This document shows positions 5,928 through 6,203 of a stretch of DNA of 6,203 nt, piece after piece (position 1 is the first letter of the stretch; every line of letters begins with the position of its first letter). This DNA is from a virus. Location: IMG/VR virus record IMGVR_UViG_3300045988_028252, positions 1 to 6,203 of that record; one strand, 5' to 3'. The position numbers were made by a program, and so were the translations under genes. Below the pieces are notes generated by a model, which saw nothing but the letters and a program-made list of their open reading frames with translations, made no database searches and was not told where the DNA came from.

Positions 5928-6086
5928 TTATCTGTTTTTTATATTTTTAGTTTTCTGTATTTCTTCAATTATTAATACTATTGTAGTAATTAGCGCTTCT
6001 TTTTCTTTTTTGGAGCATTTTAATTGTCTTTCTGATTTGAATTTCCAGAGCGCTTGTTCTAATCTCATTAGTTCTTCTGATTCCAT
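5928..6086 (-). CDS. Hypothetical 52-aa protein (MESEELMRLEQALWKFKSERQLKCSKKEKEALITTIVLIIEEIQKTKNIKNR), below the ORF-track cutoff
   Basis: ATG at 6086..6084 lies 2 nt after the TAA of the junction-spanning 46-aa ORF. Its own TAA at 5930..5928 is followed by TT-ATG of the 67-aa ORF. The identical taattatgg junction occurs at both ends. Confidence 0.45.
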   Translation of the reverse strand: MESEELMRLEQALWKFKSERQLKCSKKEKEALITTIVLIIEEIQKTKNIKNR

Positions 6087-6088
6087 AA

Positions 6089-6148
6089 TTAAAAAGATTT
6101 TTTAGTTATTATTATTTTTACATTAGCTCTTTGTGAATTTAATAAGTA
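6089..6148 (-). CDS. C-terminal 19 codons plus stop of the junction-spanning 46-aa hypothetical protein (continuation of feature 1..81)
   Basis: In-frame continuation across the circular junction. The stop TAA is at 6091..6089, immediately followed by TT then the ATG of the next ORF (the taattatgg junction motif). Confidence 0.5.
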   Translation of the reverse strand, partial: YLLNSQRANVKIIITKKSF

Positions 6149-6203
6149 GAAAGGCACAGCGATATTGCTGGGCATATTTTTTAATAACATTTTCTCGTTT
6201 TTG

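Noticed and set aside
1-6203. CRISPR arrays, rRNA/tRNA genes, transposase or IS elements
   Set aside because: No spaced direct repeats, no rRNA or tRNA-like sequence, and no transposase-like ORFs. The only repeat is the 55-bp terminal redundancy from circular assembly.

Overview
This window is a complete circular ssDNA microvirus (family Microviridae) genome, permuted and sequenced with a 55-bp terminal redundancy (1-55 is identical to 6149-6203; unit length 6148 nt). All genes lie on the minus strand of the window and are packed into a near-contiguous polycistronic array.

Starting across the circular junction and running leftwards, the gene order is:
- a short ORF with a strong SD (81..1, continuing 6148..6089);
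- five more small ORFs (52, 67, 84, 30 and 68 aa), joined by stop-NN-ATG or ATGA junctions;
- a 93-aa acidic protein with a basic C-terminal tail;
- the major capsid protein VP1/F (643 aa);
- a 105-aa acidic protein;
- the VP2/H-like DNA pilot protein (341 aa);
- the HUH rolling-circle replication initiator VP4 (346 aa).

Downstream of rep there is a roughly 200-bp GC-rich, hairpin-dense non-coding island in an otherwise AT-rich genome (about 35% GC), followed by an AT-rich promoter region.

The most interesting unexplained content is:
- the block of seven small genes upstream of the capsid gene, with no assignable function, including two adjacent single-transmembrane peptides (30 and 68 aa) that are candidate amurin-type lysis proteins;
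- the GC-rich structured island, a candidate complementary-strand origin or primosome-assembly site;
- several perfect palindromes, and an exact 12-nt match to the phiX174 origin core, in the non-coding regions.

Every plus-strand ORF in the track lies antisense within a minus-strand gene and is rejected as a shadow ORF.
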